The translations under genes and the position numbers were made by a program. A stretch of 64,000 nucleotides of DNA, taken from positions 1,364,001 through 1,428,000 of the forward strand of contig NW_026889778.1 of assembly GCF_033153115.1 (NCBI RefSeq), in the 5' to 3' direction. The notes below the pieces were generated by a model. That model was not told the origin of the DNA. It ran no database searches and saw only the letters and a program-made list of their open reading frames with translations. Source of the stretch: Saccostrea echinata (Eukaryota). Shown in pieces: positions 22,819-34,761 of this stretch (within the stretch, counting starts at the first letter, position 1; each line of letters starts with the position of its first letter).

Positions 22819-23209
22819 TTAACATCATAAAATTGGAAATTCAATTCTTTTTAACTTATTATATTTTGTTGAAGTTAAAACAATTTACATAAAATCTTAT
22901 TGTTAATGTAACAGAAGTTTAAAAATCCATAGATTATTACATGTAGGTTAGGCCTATTGTGTTGAAGTTTAGAATGTTATACATTATGACTACTCAGGAA
23001 ATAATCAAACTGTTGGATGACTTGACAAACCGCTGTTCTTAGCCTTAAGCCTCTGGTGACAACAGTTCGACTGTTTCACTCATAGGCTTGTAATAAGTGT
23101 ATTCCGTTATCTGCATACATAGTAACAATAAAGTGATTTGTCTTTTTTTTTTGATGTGTCGAGTGACACAATTAGTTCATTTCCTTTTGACCATTTATCC
23201 TCCCATACC

Positions 23210-24430
23210 CATTTTCACAAACTTTACACAAAATCAAACCATCAACACTGGTACTAAGGAATGGGCATTTGGAATTTACATGAAGACCCCTACTACAATA
23301 TTGAACATTTTCCTTTCCATATTAAAGAGTGTTCTTTTACAACCGTTCCTCTTGATAAATTAAAAACTAGGTTTTTTGATATCATAGACAACTACATCTC
23401 CAATAAAATTAGAACTCGGAAATTTTCGTACATTGTATTTGGTCAGCAACAAAATTACTTCGCTAAACATCACACTTACTCTACAGTACTGTGAAGTTGA
23501 TGTTAAAAGAATGTTGGAGCTCCTCATGGACATTACTTATGTAGTCCTCGGAGACCAAGTCTTCCAACAAATTTCGATGGGAAATAATAGTGCTCGTTTA
23601 TTTGCCGATCTGTTTTTATATTTCTATGATTTTCCCGTTATTTCCAGATCGTAACAAGGAGCACACGGCGGGTGTGACTGGTCGGCAGGGGATGCCCACT
23701 CCTCCATGGTACCTGATTTCACCTCTGATGTTTTAGAGGTCCGTGTTTACTCTGCTCCAAAATTTGTATTGTTCAATGGACTTTTGAGCGTGAATACTGT
23801 TCGTTATCTCCATACATTTCATTATTCAAAAACTAAAACATGAGAAGACAAAACACTTGCTGTGGCCCTCAATTTGACATTCAGATATAACGACGACGTG
23901 TCATCAAATGACAATAGTTACTTCCATATCGAGTTGATATAAACCGTTGAAATTGAAATAAAAGACACCAGAGAGTCTGCAAGATATCTTTCAAATTTGG
24001 ATGTTTTCGGACTAAGTCGATAAGGACTAACTAACAACTAAATTGTATGATAAAAGAGATTACTTCTGCTTTTCCATCATCAACTTTCCTTATTTATGTA
24101 GTGTATTCTGCTATCATCTGCATAGGGTATTTACGTAGCATTTCGTAAATTCTATGGTCCTTATTATGACCTTGTTAAAAAAATATAGCATATCATTGGG
24201 TTGTCTTTTGATTGACGTGTTTCATACCAATTATTAGGCATTTGTTTTTGCACTAAATATGACTACGGAATGTTCCGTCTACCTGATCAATACATTGGGC
24301 TCACAGCGGGTTTGGCCGATCAGCAGGGGATGCTTACTCCTCTTGGGCACCTTATCCCACCTCTAGGGGTCCGTGTTTTATGCACTCGTCACACGTTTGT
24401 ATTGTTTATAGATTTTTATGAGATTGATCA
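23210..24430 (+). mobile_element. Penelope-like retroelement RT fragment with 3' end; a second 3'-end piece nested at ~23630-23820
   Basis: TTVPLDKLK, MGNNSARLFADLFLY, FRYNDDV, LYDKRD, RKFYG motifs plus the conserved GC-rich 3' block. Confidence 0.75.
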
Positions 24431-24989
24431 TACTTTCTTTTACCCTTTTTTCATTGTTCCTTCCGTATGTAAGGCTTTTTACCTGTTGAGGCGGTTTGAT
24501 GTTTCACACAAGTCTTCGGACAAGTGTATTTTGGACATGCATTTTTTTTTTACATACATCACCCATTTCTGATACATGTAATTAATCATTTGCGTGCTTC
24601 CATCCTGTTGTTATTGATAGATTGCCCCCTTGTTCCTATTTTCCAGATTTTTGTAACTGATGATAATGTTAGATTTTCTATAAACTCCTAAAACTCTTGG
24701 TACTGAGGTCAACATCATCTGTGATTTCCTCAGTTTTCTCAATACATGCTTCATATGCTGAAAGAAAATTGGATATCTGCTGGTTTACAACCAAAAGTCT
24801 GGTAGAGAACACGTCTTGCATTTACTTGGATTAACTTCACCAATTTCAGAAGCCGAAAAAATATGTGAAAGATAAGATTCCAAAATAAAGTACATTTTTC
24901 CCCAAAACGAAACAGCTGCAGAGACGGCTTAAAGACTTAAAATGATCTCACTCTCTGAAACAATTTGTTTAATGTCAACATTTTGATTC

Positions 24990-25230
24990 TATAGTCGATA
25001 CAATGACCTCGTTTGCAACTAAAATCTATCGTTAAGTCGAATTTTGTCTGATATTTTTCCTACAAATTGTTAGGCCACCACGCTGCATTGTCAGGATTTT
25101 TCCGTTTACCTGGTCATGACAAAGAGCGCTGTGGCCGGTCCAAAGAGGATGTTCCTTCTTCCATGGCACCTGATCCCTCCTATGCCTTGTCGTTGATTGG
25201 ATTTGAGTATGATTACTGTTTGTTACCTCC
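24990..25230 (+). mobile_element. Penelope-like 3'-end fragment
   Basis: RYNDLVC segment and the CCATGGCACCTGATCC block. Confidence 0.6.
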
Positions 25231-25516
25231 ACATTTCATCCTGTGAAGTTTTATACAATTTAATGATGTTTTTGCTTTTCTAGTATTGAGTCATAGGTAG
25301 TATCTTCAATGTATCAGGCAACCTTTGTGTTTCACTGATAACAACTAAGCAATTACTTTGACCTGTATTATTTTTAAATATACATTTACTATTTAAAAAT
25401 ATACTGAACCAAAAATGGAAATAAAACTATGAAAACTTTATTCATCATTTTTTCATCGTAGGTGTAGGTGTTTTTTTTTCAATAAAGCGCGGACATTGTA
25501 CACTAGAGGCGATAAC

Positions 25517-25520
<4 letters not shown>

Positions 25521-25562
<42 letters not shown>
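25521..25562. repeat. (AG)n microsatellite
   Basis: Seen directly. Confidence 0.98.
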
Positions 25563-25563
<1 letters not shown>

Positions 25564-27246
25564 AAAACAACTTTCGAAATCTTTTAAATTGAATCCGTTG
25601 AAATTTGTTAAATGCATGTCTTTATATGGATCAGTAATCTGGAATTCACTTCAATATGAACATATTTCTATTCCTTATTATTTTGTCTCTTTTCTCTTGC
25701 GCTTTGACAATTAATTTTGAATAAACATACATAAAAAGCTCGAATGAATTTAAAGCTGATAGAAAGATAACATTTTTAAAAACTGTTAGTACAACAGTGT
25801 CCTCAAATCATGCTTTAAATTTGTTTTTTTTATTTAGTCAAGTCCATTTAAAGAAAAACGTTGCACTATTTTTGTCAGCTCTTTTTATCTATCTGCACTG
25901 TAATCTTTATAATTTGAAGCGTTTACTTTTTTGAATGAATGCCAACATAATACAGTATCTTCTTTGCGCACCCTGAGAGTTCTGTGTGTTCCATTATACC
26001 TAGTTACCATCGTCAACATTAGGATAAAATACAAATATAAATATAAACTAGTTTGAAATTTTTTTAACAAGTGTGAAATATTGATGGTTAGATTCATTTA
26101 AGTTTTACAGGTATGTATAACTATTGACTCTCATTTAAAATTAATGGCTAATGTGAGCCCGAATTGATAACAAATACATGAAGGCATTTTTAATTTCCAT
26201 GAAATATAAATTGTGTTTCAATAGTCTGCATAAATTAAGAAAGAGAAGAGGCGTGGGGATATGATAGTCGAAATTCATTAAAAGTTGTAGGCACATAATG
26301 TATGGTTTTGTTCTTTTAATGAAACTGTTCTTTTTCCTGTGCATTTGAAATCTATTATCGTATATCCACGCTTGATTTTTATACAGCGATACATGTATTA
26401 GTTAGGGTACACCATTACCATTTGAATTTTTCAAATCTCCCTATTAATGATTTAATAGAGTTTAGGTTACTGATATAAGCTACTTATCCTACCTTGAAGA
26501 ACTATTGTACAGGCTCTTTGATATTGGTACACTTTTACAAAATAAATTGCACGTTTATACATATAACTGTCAGACGTGTTACTAATTACATGTTGGAATA
26601 TTTTTCATTCTCTCATCTTTGCTTTGACATTCTTATGCATACATGACATTTGACACATTAAGAAACAATATCAGTACATAAAGAGTGGACGTTTTCCAAT
26701 ACAAACACGAATGAAATTTAAAAGCTGACTAACGATTAGCAGAAAACATGAAATTGAAGGGGTGGATAATTTTTTTCTACATTATAATTAATTTTTTAGT
26801 TGAAATGGTTTCAGCAATTAATCAGCGCTAAATTTATTTGTTTAAAAGGTTTCATCTTATGAATATGCATTAATTTTCCTCCTTTTGCTGTAGGAGACGG
26901 ATTATAGAATAACACTGCATTCACTTCAAACTACATATTTGGTTTTTTGTAAACAAATATGTTTTTTGTATCTCTGTTAGCATATTCAGCATGACGTGAT
27001 TTTATTTTCATCCAAAGTTAATATCAAACCCGTATCTTTACATGTTAGATATAGATATTTACTATCCAATAAAATGACAATTTTAGAGAAATACCTCAAC
27101 GTGGAACTTGACTCCAAAATGACTTTTCAACAAATCGGATAATATCGCTCTATAGCGAATCGTCCGAATGAGGTAGAATGGGAAGTGTTAAGGCCCTAGA
27201 GTAAGCTTTGGCAGTCAAACTACATTGAGACTTCAAGGGGGAAGTA

Positions 27247-27436
27247 GAGTCCGTCGGATGAGACGTTAAATGGTGCCCCGTGTCAAGGTTCACAACCCTA
27301 TTGGCACGTAAAAGATCGTTTTTCTGGTCTTCGAAAAAGAGTAGGTTCACTGGGGGGCCGCCAGAAAAACACAAAATTTATATGGCTGAAATATTGAAAC
27401 TCGGCGTTGAATAATAATAATCGATTAATCAATCAA
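27247..27436 (+). mobile_element. SINE subfamily C, 5'-truncated; same core as A/B but a different tail
   Basis: CGGATGAGACGTTAAA..GGCACGTAAAAGATC core; 14-bp TSD TCAAGGGGGAAGTA; (CAAT)n tail. Confidence 0.75.
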
Positions 27437-27744
27437 TCAAGGGGGAAGTATAGCTCTAGAATGAGACATCCTTTGTAGGGGAACACACTCTAGAGCGAGA
27501 CTCCCGCGGTGATAGGTCTTACTATGAGGGTTAGGGTTAGTGTCTCGCTGTACAACACCGGCAATGTTTCCTTAAGATTTTGGTGCTTCTCCTTAACATT
27601 AACCTGTTAGATTCTGTTTGGTTGGCTGAGATAAATTTGTACCGCGAGCCCACATAGATTACAACATGCACAATATGCACATGCATTATCTTGTTGAATA
27701 TCAAACTAATATGATAAAAGTTACTGTATGAAATATGTGGAGAT

Positions 27745-28555
27745 AACAAACAGTATTCGAGCTCAAAAGTCCTTTAACTATTACAAAATAGGAGCAGAGC
27801 AAACATGGACTTCTAAAACATCAAAGGTGGGATCAGGTGCCATGGAGGAGTGAGAATTCCCTGCCGACCGGTCACACCCGCCGTGTGCTCCTTGTCATGA
27901 TCGGGAAATAACGGACAATTCAGTGTGTAAATAATGGCCTAACAATTAGTATGAAAAAAGTCAGTCAGCATTCGACTTAATGATAGGTTGTATTTGCTGA
28001 CAAGGTCATTGTATCGACCATAGAACTTACGAAATGATGACTTCAAACGAGATTGCTGATATTCTTGTTTCATAAACTTGTTTGTCAATAACTTACCTCG
28101 TTTTAGAAATTGTTCGTACGTAGAGCATGCTCTTGCGTATCAAATCAACTGAGAAATATAAACCCCGTATGCAGGTGATAAGGGTATATTGCTGTATAAG
28201 TAAGGGAAGTTGACGAATGAAAAGTTAAAGTCATCACGTTTATCATAAAGCTTTGTTGTTAGATAAACATTAACGTCTTTTTCTAATAAAATATCCAGAT
28301 ATGAAACAGATGTGTAAGACTCTGTAATATATCTTTTATCTCAAGCTCACCGGGATATATAATGTCATGTTAATTGACAATACGTCGTCGATATATCTAA
28401 ATGTTGAGTTAAAAGCCACAAGAAATGTTTTCTCCTTTTCACGTAAAAGATTTTGAACAAATTCTGCTTCCTATGAATACAAAAATAGGTCTGCTAATAA
28501 CGGGGCGCAATTGGTACCCATGGAAATTCCAACAGATTGTTGGAAGATTGTTGTA
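27745..28555 (-). mobile_element. Penelope-like retroelement 3' fragment
   Basis: Minus strand GISMGTNCAP, FRYIDDV, YDKRDDFNF, SQLI.YARACS, RKFYGRYNDL plus the 3' block. Confidence 0.82.
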
Positions 28556-28829
28556 TTGTTGTTTGCTTCGAAATGAGCCCTATAATCCAGTAATCGCGAA
28601 CCAGTACCACCAAACGTAGCTTCTTTCATCACAGTTTTTTTTTCCTAAAAGGGGGGCACCCTACTCCTAGAAGTTAGATTTTAACAAACAGGATTTTAAT
28701 ATTTGTCAGGAAACTTTCACATAAGTTTTTTTTTCTTTTTGGCCCAGTGGTTATTGAGAAGGTTATGAAATGACCACATTAAAATTCCAATATTTCTTGA
28801 TTATCTTCCACTGAAAAAAGGATATAGTC

Positions 28830-29013
28830 GCATGCGTCAAAATTTAATTCAAATGAGCTTCGCTTAGCGTTCACACGGAGCTAAGTAATTTAATGCGCAG
28901 TAAATTAATTCGAATTAAACTAATTCGCATGAAATTCCCCTTGTGAACGCAGTTCATATTTAATTCGCAGTAACTTACGTTTAATTCGAATTAAACTCTC
29001 CGTGCAAACAGGG
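28830..29013. mobile_element. Possible Harbinger-like MITE fragment with AATTCG(A/C) subterminal repeats
   Basis: Repeated TAATTCGAATTAA/TAATTCGC; ends GTGCAAACAGGGC; left terminus unclear. Confidence 0.4.
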
Positions 29014-30018
29014 CATTAGTATTGCAGTGACAGTCATCGATAACCTGCCGTAATTTACCTTTGATACCTATGTTATGGAGTTTGTACATCAATCTCTGTC
29101 TCCAGACTATATCGAATGCCTTACATGTGTCCAAGAAACTGATATACAGTCAACGGACATAATTATTCGCCACTTCCGCGCAAATCGCGTCACGTTTTCT
29201 CGCGTGTTCGGTAAAGTAGAGCAGAGCGCTATTATAAGACAAAGGATTTCCCCTTTCTTTTTAATCTTTGTGTTATAATACTTATACTATCATGTTCTGA
29301 ATTGCAGTTAAACCCTGGTGATTCCCGCAGGTACTCCCCTGTGTGCTTTCTTATATAAATACGCTGCTTTTGGTCTTTTTATCCAGTTTGTATTCTTTTT
29401 TACGCCCAGAGAGTCACTCAGGTATTTAAGTCCACCACGTGTCGTTTGACTTCCTTTGTGCATTTGTTCACAAAATCACTGCACATACACAAGCTTTGCA
29501 TTCTCTCTCTTTTTTGTTTGACACAAGAAATATTACTTTTTAAAATGTATTATATTTATCTTTCAAAAGACACCGACACTGAGAATATAATTTTATCAAA
29601 GTAGAAAATTCTATCGAGAATTATTTCTCAAAAACAACCAGAGATTTTTTTATCAGACCAATCGACTTGAAGTTTGCCATAGTTATATTCCCCGATTTAC
29701 TATGTTATTTAGACACTTTGTTTTAATTCTCCGATTATCTATGATATTAGAAACTTTATGTTGATAATCTGATTTACCCTGATATTTAGAAACTGTACTT
29801 TGTTACTTTGATTTACTATGATATTTAAAACTAAACTTTTTATTCTTTGATCAACTATGATATTTAGACACTTTACTTTGATGTTTTGATTTAATAGCTA
29901 TTCCAGTTATGCGGTATGTCCTGGTTTTGGGTAGTTTATGCTTTATAAACTGCTAAGCTTTGCACCTGCCACTTAACTCAGGGATGTATATTAGTTAGAA
30001 GAGGTCATCCTTTTTCAG

Positions 30019-30315
30019 GTCGCCCGCGTGGCGCAGTGGTTAGAGCCTCTGCTCTAGAGTCGCGGAGTAAGGAGTTGATCCTTACGTCGCGGGTTCGAAT
30101 CCCACTGTGGGACGTGGAGACCGGTCCTTCGGATGAGACCGTATAAACCGAGGTCCCCTGTCGCAGTAGCTACTGGCACGAAAAAGTTCCCTCACTGCTC
30201 AATGGCCGTAAGTGCCGAGTATAGGTCAGAATTTGTAGCCTTCCACCGGCAAGTGGTGGCGTCTCCATTTGAGTGAAAAATTCTCGAGAGGGACGTTAAA
30301 CAACATACAATCAAT
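30019..30315 (+). mobile_element. tRNA-SINE subfamily B, full length
   Basis: A box TGGCGCAGTGG, B box GGTTCGAATCC, core CGGATGAGACC..GGCACG, tail GACGTTAAACAACATACAATC. Confidence 0.92.
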
Positions 30316-30339
30316 AAAATTTATTTTGTTCAAAAGTAT

Positions 30340-32465
30340 ATTTTTTGTTTAAGGTATGTCCAGCTTTGCTGTTCTGAAGAAAATCCATCTTATCCCCATG
30401 AACAATTTTGATTTCTTAATGATTATTATGATTAAACTGAACTTGAATCCACACAACACGGATATGTGACTAAATGACCTTGCTGTTCTGGATAATAGGA
30501 TTTTGTTCCAAGATTTTACTCCTCTGTGCATATTAGAATATAGGAAGAAATTAACCCTACTTTAACCCAGGATCCATGATTTGAAAAAAAAATCTTAAAT
30601 CCACTTTTGTTTAAGTAAGAATATGATTTAGTGTGGTCCTGCTACTTTATGGAAAGATTTTTTAAACAACAATCAATCAATCAATCAATCAAATGTCCCG
30701 TGCATACAAATGTATGTGAAAAATATGATCCTCTAATTTTCTCCTACCTTACCCCCAAGAATCCTGATTTGAATCTGCACTTCCCATGGATATCTGCATA
30801 TTGATACGAATAATCATAAGTAATTGTGTTGCCTTTTTTGAAAAGTTATATATTTTTAAAGATATTTTTCCGATATATTTACATGTAAAAGTTTGATCCC
30901 CTTATGTAGCCCCAACCAACCCCCAAGGGATGCATGTGGAAAGTGAATTATCTGAAGATGTTTGCTTATTACTAATACAAACTACGGTCTTGTTGTTCTT
31001 GAAAAGCATTTTTCTCCTAAAATCCTATGTTAAGCTGTGATGCCCCTAATGTTGTCCATTTCTAACCCCCTGGGGCAAGGATTTGAACACATCTGAATCT
31101 ATACTCCACCTCGGGACGCTTGCATATTGATTTTTCTAATCATGGCCCAGGGTTCTTTGTATGTAGATTTTAAAACTATTTATTTATTTATTCCTATGTA
31201 AATCGTTGATCCCCTATTGAAGCCTCTTTCTTTTCTGGGGTCATAATTTGAACAAAATTCAATCTTCGCTACTTGAGGGTGCTTGCATATAAATATCATT
31301 TTTATCATGTCCCTGCTGTTCTTGGAAAGAAAAATTTTAAATTTTTCCCCAATATTTTCCATGTGAATTGGTGAACCCCTTTTCTGGCCAAATCTTAAAG
31401 TGTATCCCCGGGGCCATGAACTGCACACACTTGAATCTACACTATGTCGGGAAGATTTCACATAAGTTTTTTCTTTACTGACTTAGTAGTTTGTTTGTTT
31501 GTTTGTATGTTGTTTAACGTCCCTCTCGAGGATTTTTCACTCATATGGAGACACCACCACTTGCCGGTGGAGAGCTACAAATTTTGTCCTATACTCGGCA
31601 CTTACGGCCATTGAGCAGTGAGGGATCTTTTTCGTGCCAGCACCTACTGCGAAACGGGACCTCAGTTTATACGGTCTCATCCGAAGGACAATGGGATTCG
31701 AACCCGCGACGTAAGGATCAACTCCTTACTTCGCGACTCTAGAGCAGACGCTCTAACCACTGCGCCACGCGGGCAACGACTTAGTAGTTATTTAGAAGAA
31801 GAGTTTTAGATATATCTATTTTTAATCATCTCCTATTTCAATGAGGCGAAGCCCTTTTTTGACCAAATTTGAATGCAATTTTCTTTACGAATACAGTTAA
31901 ACCTAACCTTTTCTTTAACCAAGAAGGAAGTGCTAAAAATCCTTGCATAAAATTTCAACAAAATGTTTTCACTAACTGTGAAAAAGTCCGTGCAAATTAG
32001 TGCACATTAGTCGATTACTTCCTTCTTCAAACAGATTTATATAATCTTTGTTTAAAATTTATAAACACATACATCAGAACATAAATTGTCAACTTGATTT
32101 TTTGTTTGAGTAAGAATATGATTAAGTGTGGCCCTGCTACTTCATGGAAAGATTTTTTAAACAACAACAATCAATCAATCAATCAAAATTCCCGTGCATA
32201 CAAATGTGTGTAAAAAATATGATCCTCTAATGGAAAGATATTTCCATGTGAATTGGTGATCCCCTTTTCTGGCCAAATCTTACAGTGTATCCCCGGGGCC
32301 AAGAACTGCACAAACTTGAATCTACACTATGTCGGGAAGATTTCACATAGGTTTTATCTTTACTGACTTAGTAGCTATTTAGAAGAAAAGTTTTAAAATA
32401 TATCTATTATTAATCATCTCCTATTTCAACAGGGCGAAGCCCTTCGTTTGACCAAATTTGAATCC
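30340..32465. repeat. Rearranged Helentron-associated satellite block with internal duplications; resumes at ~34948-35070
   Basis: ~166-bp satellite motifs; 30605-30735 ~ 32100-32230 and 31357-31875 ~ 32240-32465. Confidence 0.7.
31492..31777 (-). mobile_element. tRNA-SINE subfamily B (small internal deletion)
   Basis: Reverse complement of 30019-30315; 12-bp TSD GACTTAGTAGTT. Confidence 0.92.
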
Positions 32466-32762
32466 CAATTATACGATGGCCGACATCAGCCTGTCTAAAA
32501 TAAAATTACACAACCTATAATTTTGTCTTTTGTACATGTACATTTCTTGAAATTTGTACATGTACAAGAATATAAAAAGTTCTTTCGCGAAAAGACAAAA
32601 TGTACATGTACATTTCTTAAAAGTTGTACATGTACAGACAAAAAAATCTATAGCAGTATAGATAAAAGATTTTATCACTATAATTACAATTACAATTCTT
32701 TTATTTAAAATTTTGTGTGTGCATATAGGCAACATCCATCAGCCACGCGATTTTAATTTAGA

Positions 32763-32932
32763 GGACCCGACACAGTGCTACGGTTTTTCTTATTTCTTTT
32801 TAATATTGACATCGTTTTGAATGAGTAATTAATGATTGACTGTTTTGTTATAAAGGCAATGTGTTTCGGCGGTTTGATATCGTATTGGTGTATTAAGAGT
32901 CTAAATCACAGTCCCGCCTTTCTCAGGGATCC
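32763..32932 (-). ncRNA. Type I hammerhead ribozyme fold (core mutated) at the 3' end of a Penelope-like fragment
   Basis: GGAUCC-CUGAGAA-aGGCGG..CCGCC-GAAA-CACAUUGC..GCACUGUG-UC-GGGUCC; stems I, II and III all pair. Confidence 0.72.
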
Positions 32933-32943
32933 AACCGTAATTT

Positions 32944-33540
32944 CTATTGTGGCAAAATAGCTTTTGTAAGCAAATCACCAATATTTTATGTTTAGCATAT
33001 GCAATCATTTATTGTTTTGTTTGAAAGATTTGTTTGCATGTTTCATCTTTTAAAACTAATGACCAGTATCTTAATAATTTGGATTTCAGATCTCTGATTC
33101 TTGGGTCGTACTTTATAATTAGAACATTGATTTCTTTGTTTTCTTGGTTTCATGTAACTTTATGACTCTGTTTAAAATCAAGGATTCATTAATAATTGGG
33201 TCAATCTCAATTCTCTTGTATTCTCTGTTTAAAAGGTGTGATCTGAACTCAAGAAGTTCTTGATGCAATAATACCTTGTCACTTGTATTGCGAACATGTC
33301 TTATACATTCCCCCAAGCCTTTAAAGACTGATTTGGGGTGAGCGCTGTAACGGATTGGAATGTATTTGTTGGTTTAATATATGATTTAACATCAAGAATA
33401 TGAAATTCCTTGACATTGTATACGCATGTGTCAAGAAATGGTAGTGATGTTTCAGATAATTCATAGGTAAATTTCAATAAAGGTTATCTTATACTTGCTT
33501 GTATTAAAACGCATTCTCCGTCTTCATCTCTTAATCTGTG
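32944..33540 (-). mobile_element. Penelope-like RT C-terminal fragment, second family, no downstream GIY-YIG
   Basis: LKFTYELSETSLPFLD, YIKPTNTFQ, SAHPKSVFKG, GECIRHVRNTS, MIAY..NIGDLLTKAILPQ*. Confidence 0.82.
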
Positions 33541-34651
33541 TTTAAATGGTCCAAGTTGATTATTACGTGATTTATTGTTTCAGGGGTATCAGAAGTCAAG
33601 TGGAAGTATCGGATGAAAGCTTATTAAGATTTTAAATAAAAGAATTGTACTTGTAATTATAGCGACAAAATCTTTTATATATACCGCTATAGATTTTTTT
33701 GTCTGTACATGTACAACTTTTACGAATTGTACATGTACATTTTGTCTTTTCGCGAAAGAACTTTATATATTCTTGTACTTGTACCATAGGACTGGCGGTA
33801 AATTTAGATTTTGCTTTGATGTTGCTGTGGTGTATTTGCCAGAAGAATCACAGTTTTTTTAAGTCACGCCCACTTTTTGGCATCAAGCCATACTGTGACA
33901 AAACCTTGACTGATGAATGAATGATGTTAATTTCAAGACCTTGGCAATGGCTGATGAATGAATAAAGTCAACATTTTTAATTTAAAAAATACTAACATTA
34001 AGTTGCCAAAATTCGCCTCGTAATTTTTTCCCGTATTTTTTGTATACGTTTCCTTATTCAGTAAATGATACGTTTTATCTCGAATTCTCGTCTTTCTCCA
34101 AGTACATGTAGCAATTTAATATCAGAAGTCGCTGCGTTTTTTTTTAATTCATAAAGCATTTCAAACTTTCATTAAAATGTCAAAAATCATTCTATAGTGT
34201 CTATCAGGGACCCATATACTAGAAAGTATATATGTCCCTGTTCAAACGTCGCTTGCCATATATATATAAACTTTTCAACGGCGATGTTTTCCATTGACAC
34301 CCCCCCCCCCCCTTTAAAAATAACGATCTCGAAAGATGAATTTTCTTTCAGAGTTGACGGCGTCAGTATCATACATGTAGTTTACAATCCTTACCCCTGT
34401 ACCTGACCAAAAATTCATGTCTTCTATGTCTTGAACATTTCGAAAGTACAACATCATCACATACACCCATTCCGAATTTTTTTATCAGTGATTTGCAGCA
34501 CCAACTCCGTAGCAAAATATGATCCTTGCAAATGGAGACGGCTATTTATACTACAGACTCCGGACCGTGGCTTGACACCATGTAGTAGGCGGCGCTAATT
34601 ATCAATTTGCTTTTCTCTCATTGGTCCTCTGGTACAAGTAACTTACACAAT

Positions 34652-34761
34652 AGATATTAATTGGTTAGCGGTAAATACACTCACAGTTTTTATTCACTCG
34701 GGGCTCCGCCCCTCGTGAATAAAAAACTGTGAGTTTATTTACCGCTAACCAATTAATATCT
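34652..34761. repeat. 110-bp near-perfect palindrome with CTCCG loop (Crypton-like non-autonomous element core)
   Basis: AGATATTAATTGGTTAGCGGTAAA..CACTCGGGG-CTCCG-CCCCTCGTG..TTTACCGCTAACCAATTAATATCT; family assignment is inference. Confidence 0.85.

Noticed and set aside
30019-30115. Amber-suppressor tRNA gene (CTCTAGA loop)
   Set aside because: It is a SINE head followed by body and tail, with TSDs on other copies; standard numbering gives a 9-nt loop rather than a CUA anticodon loop
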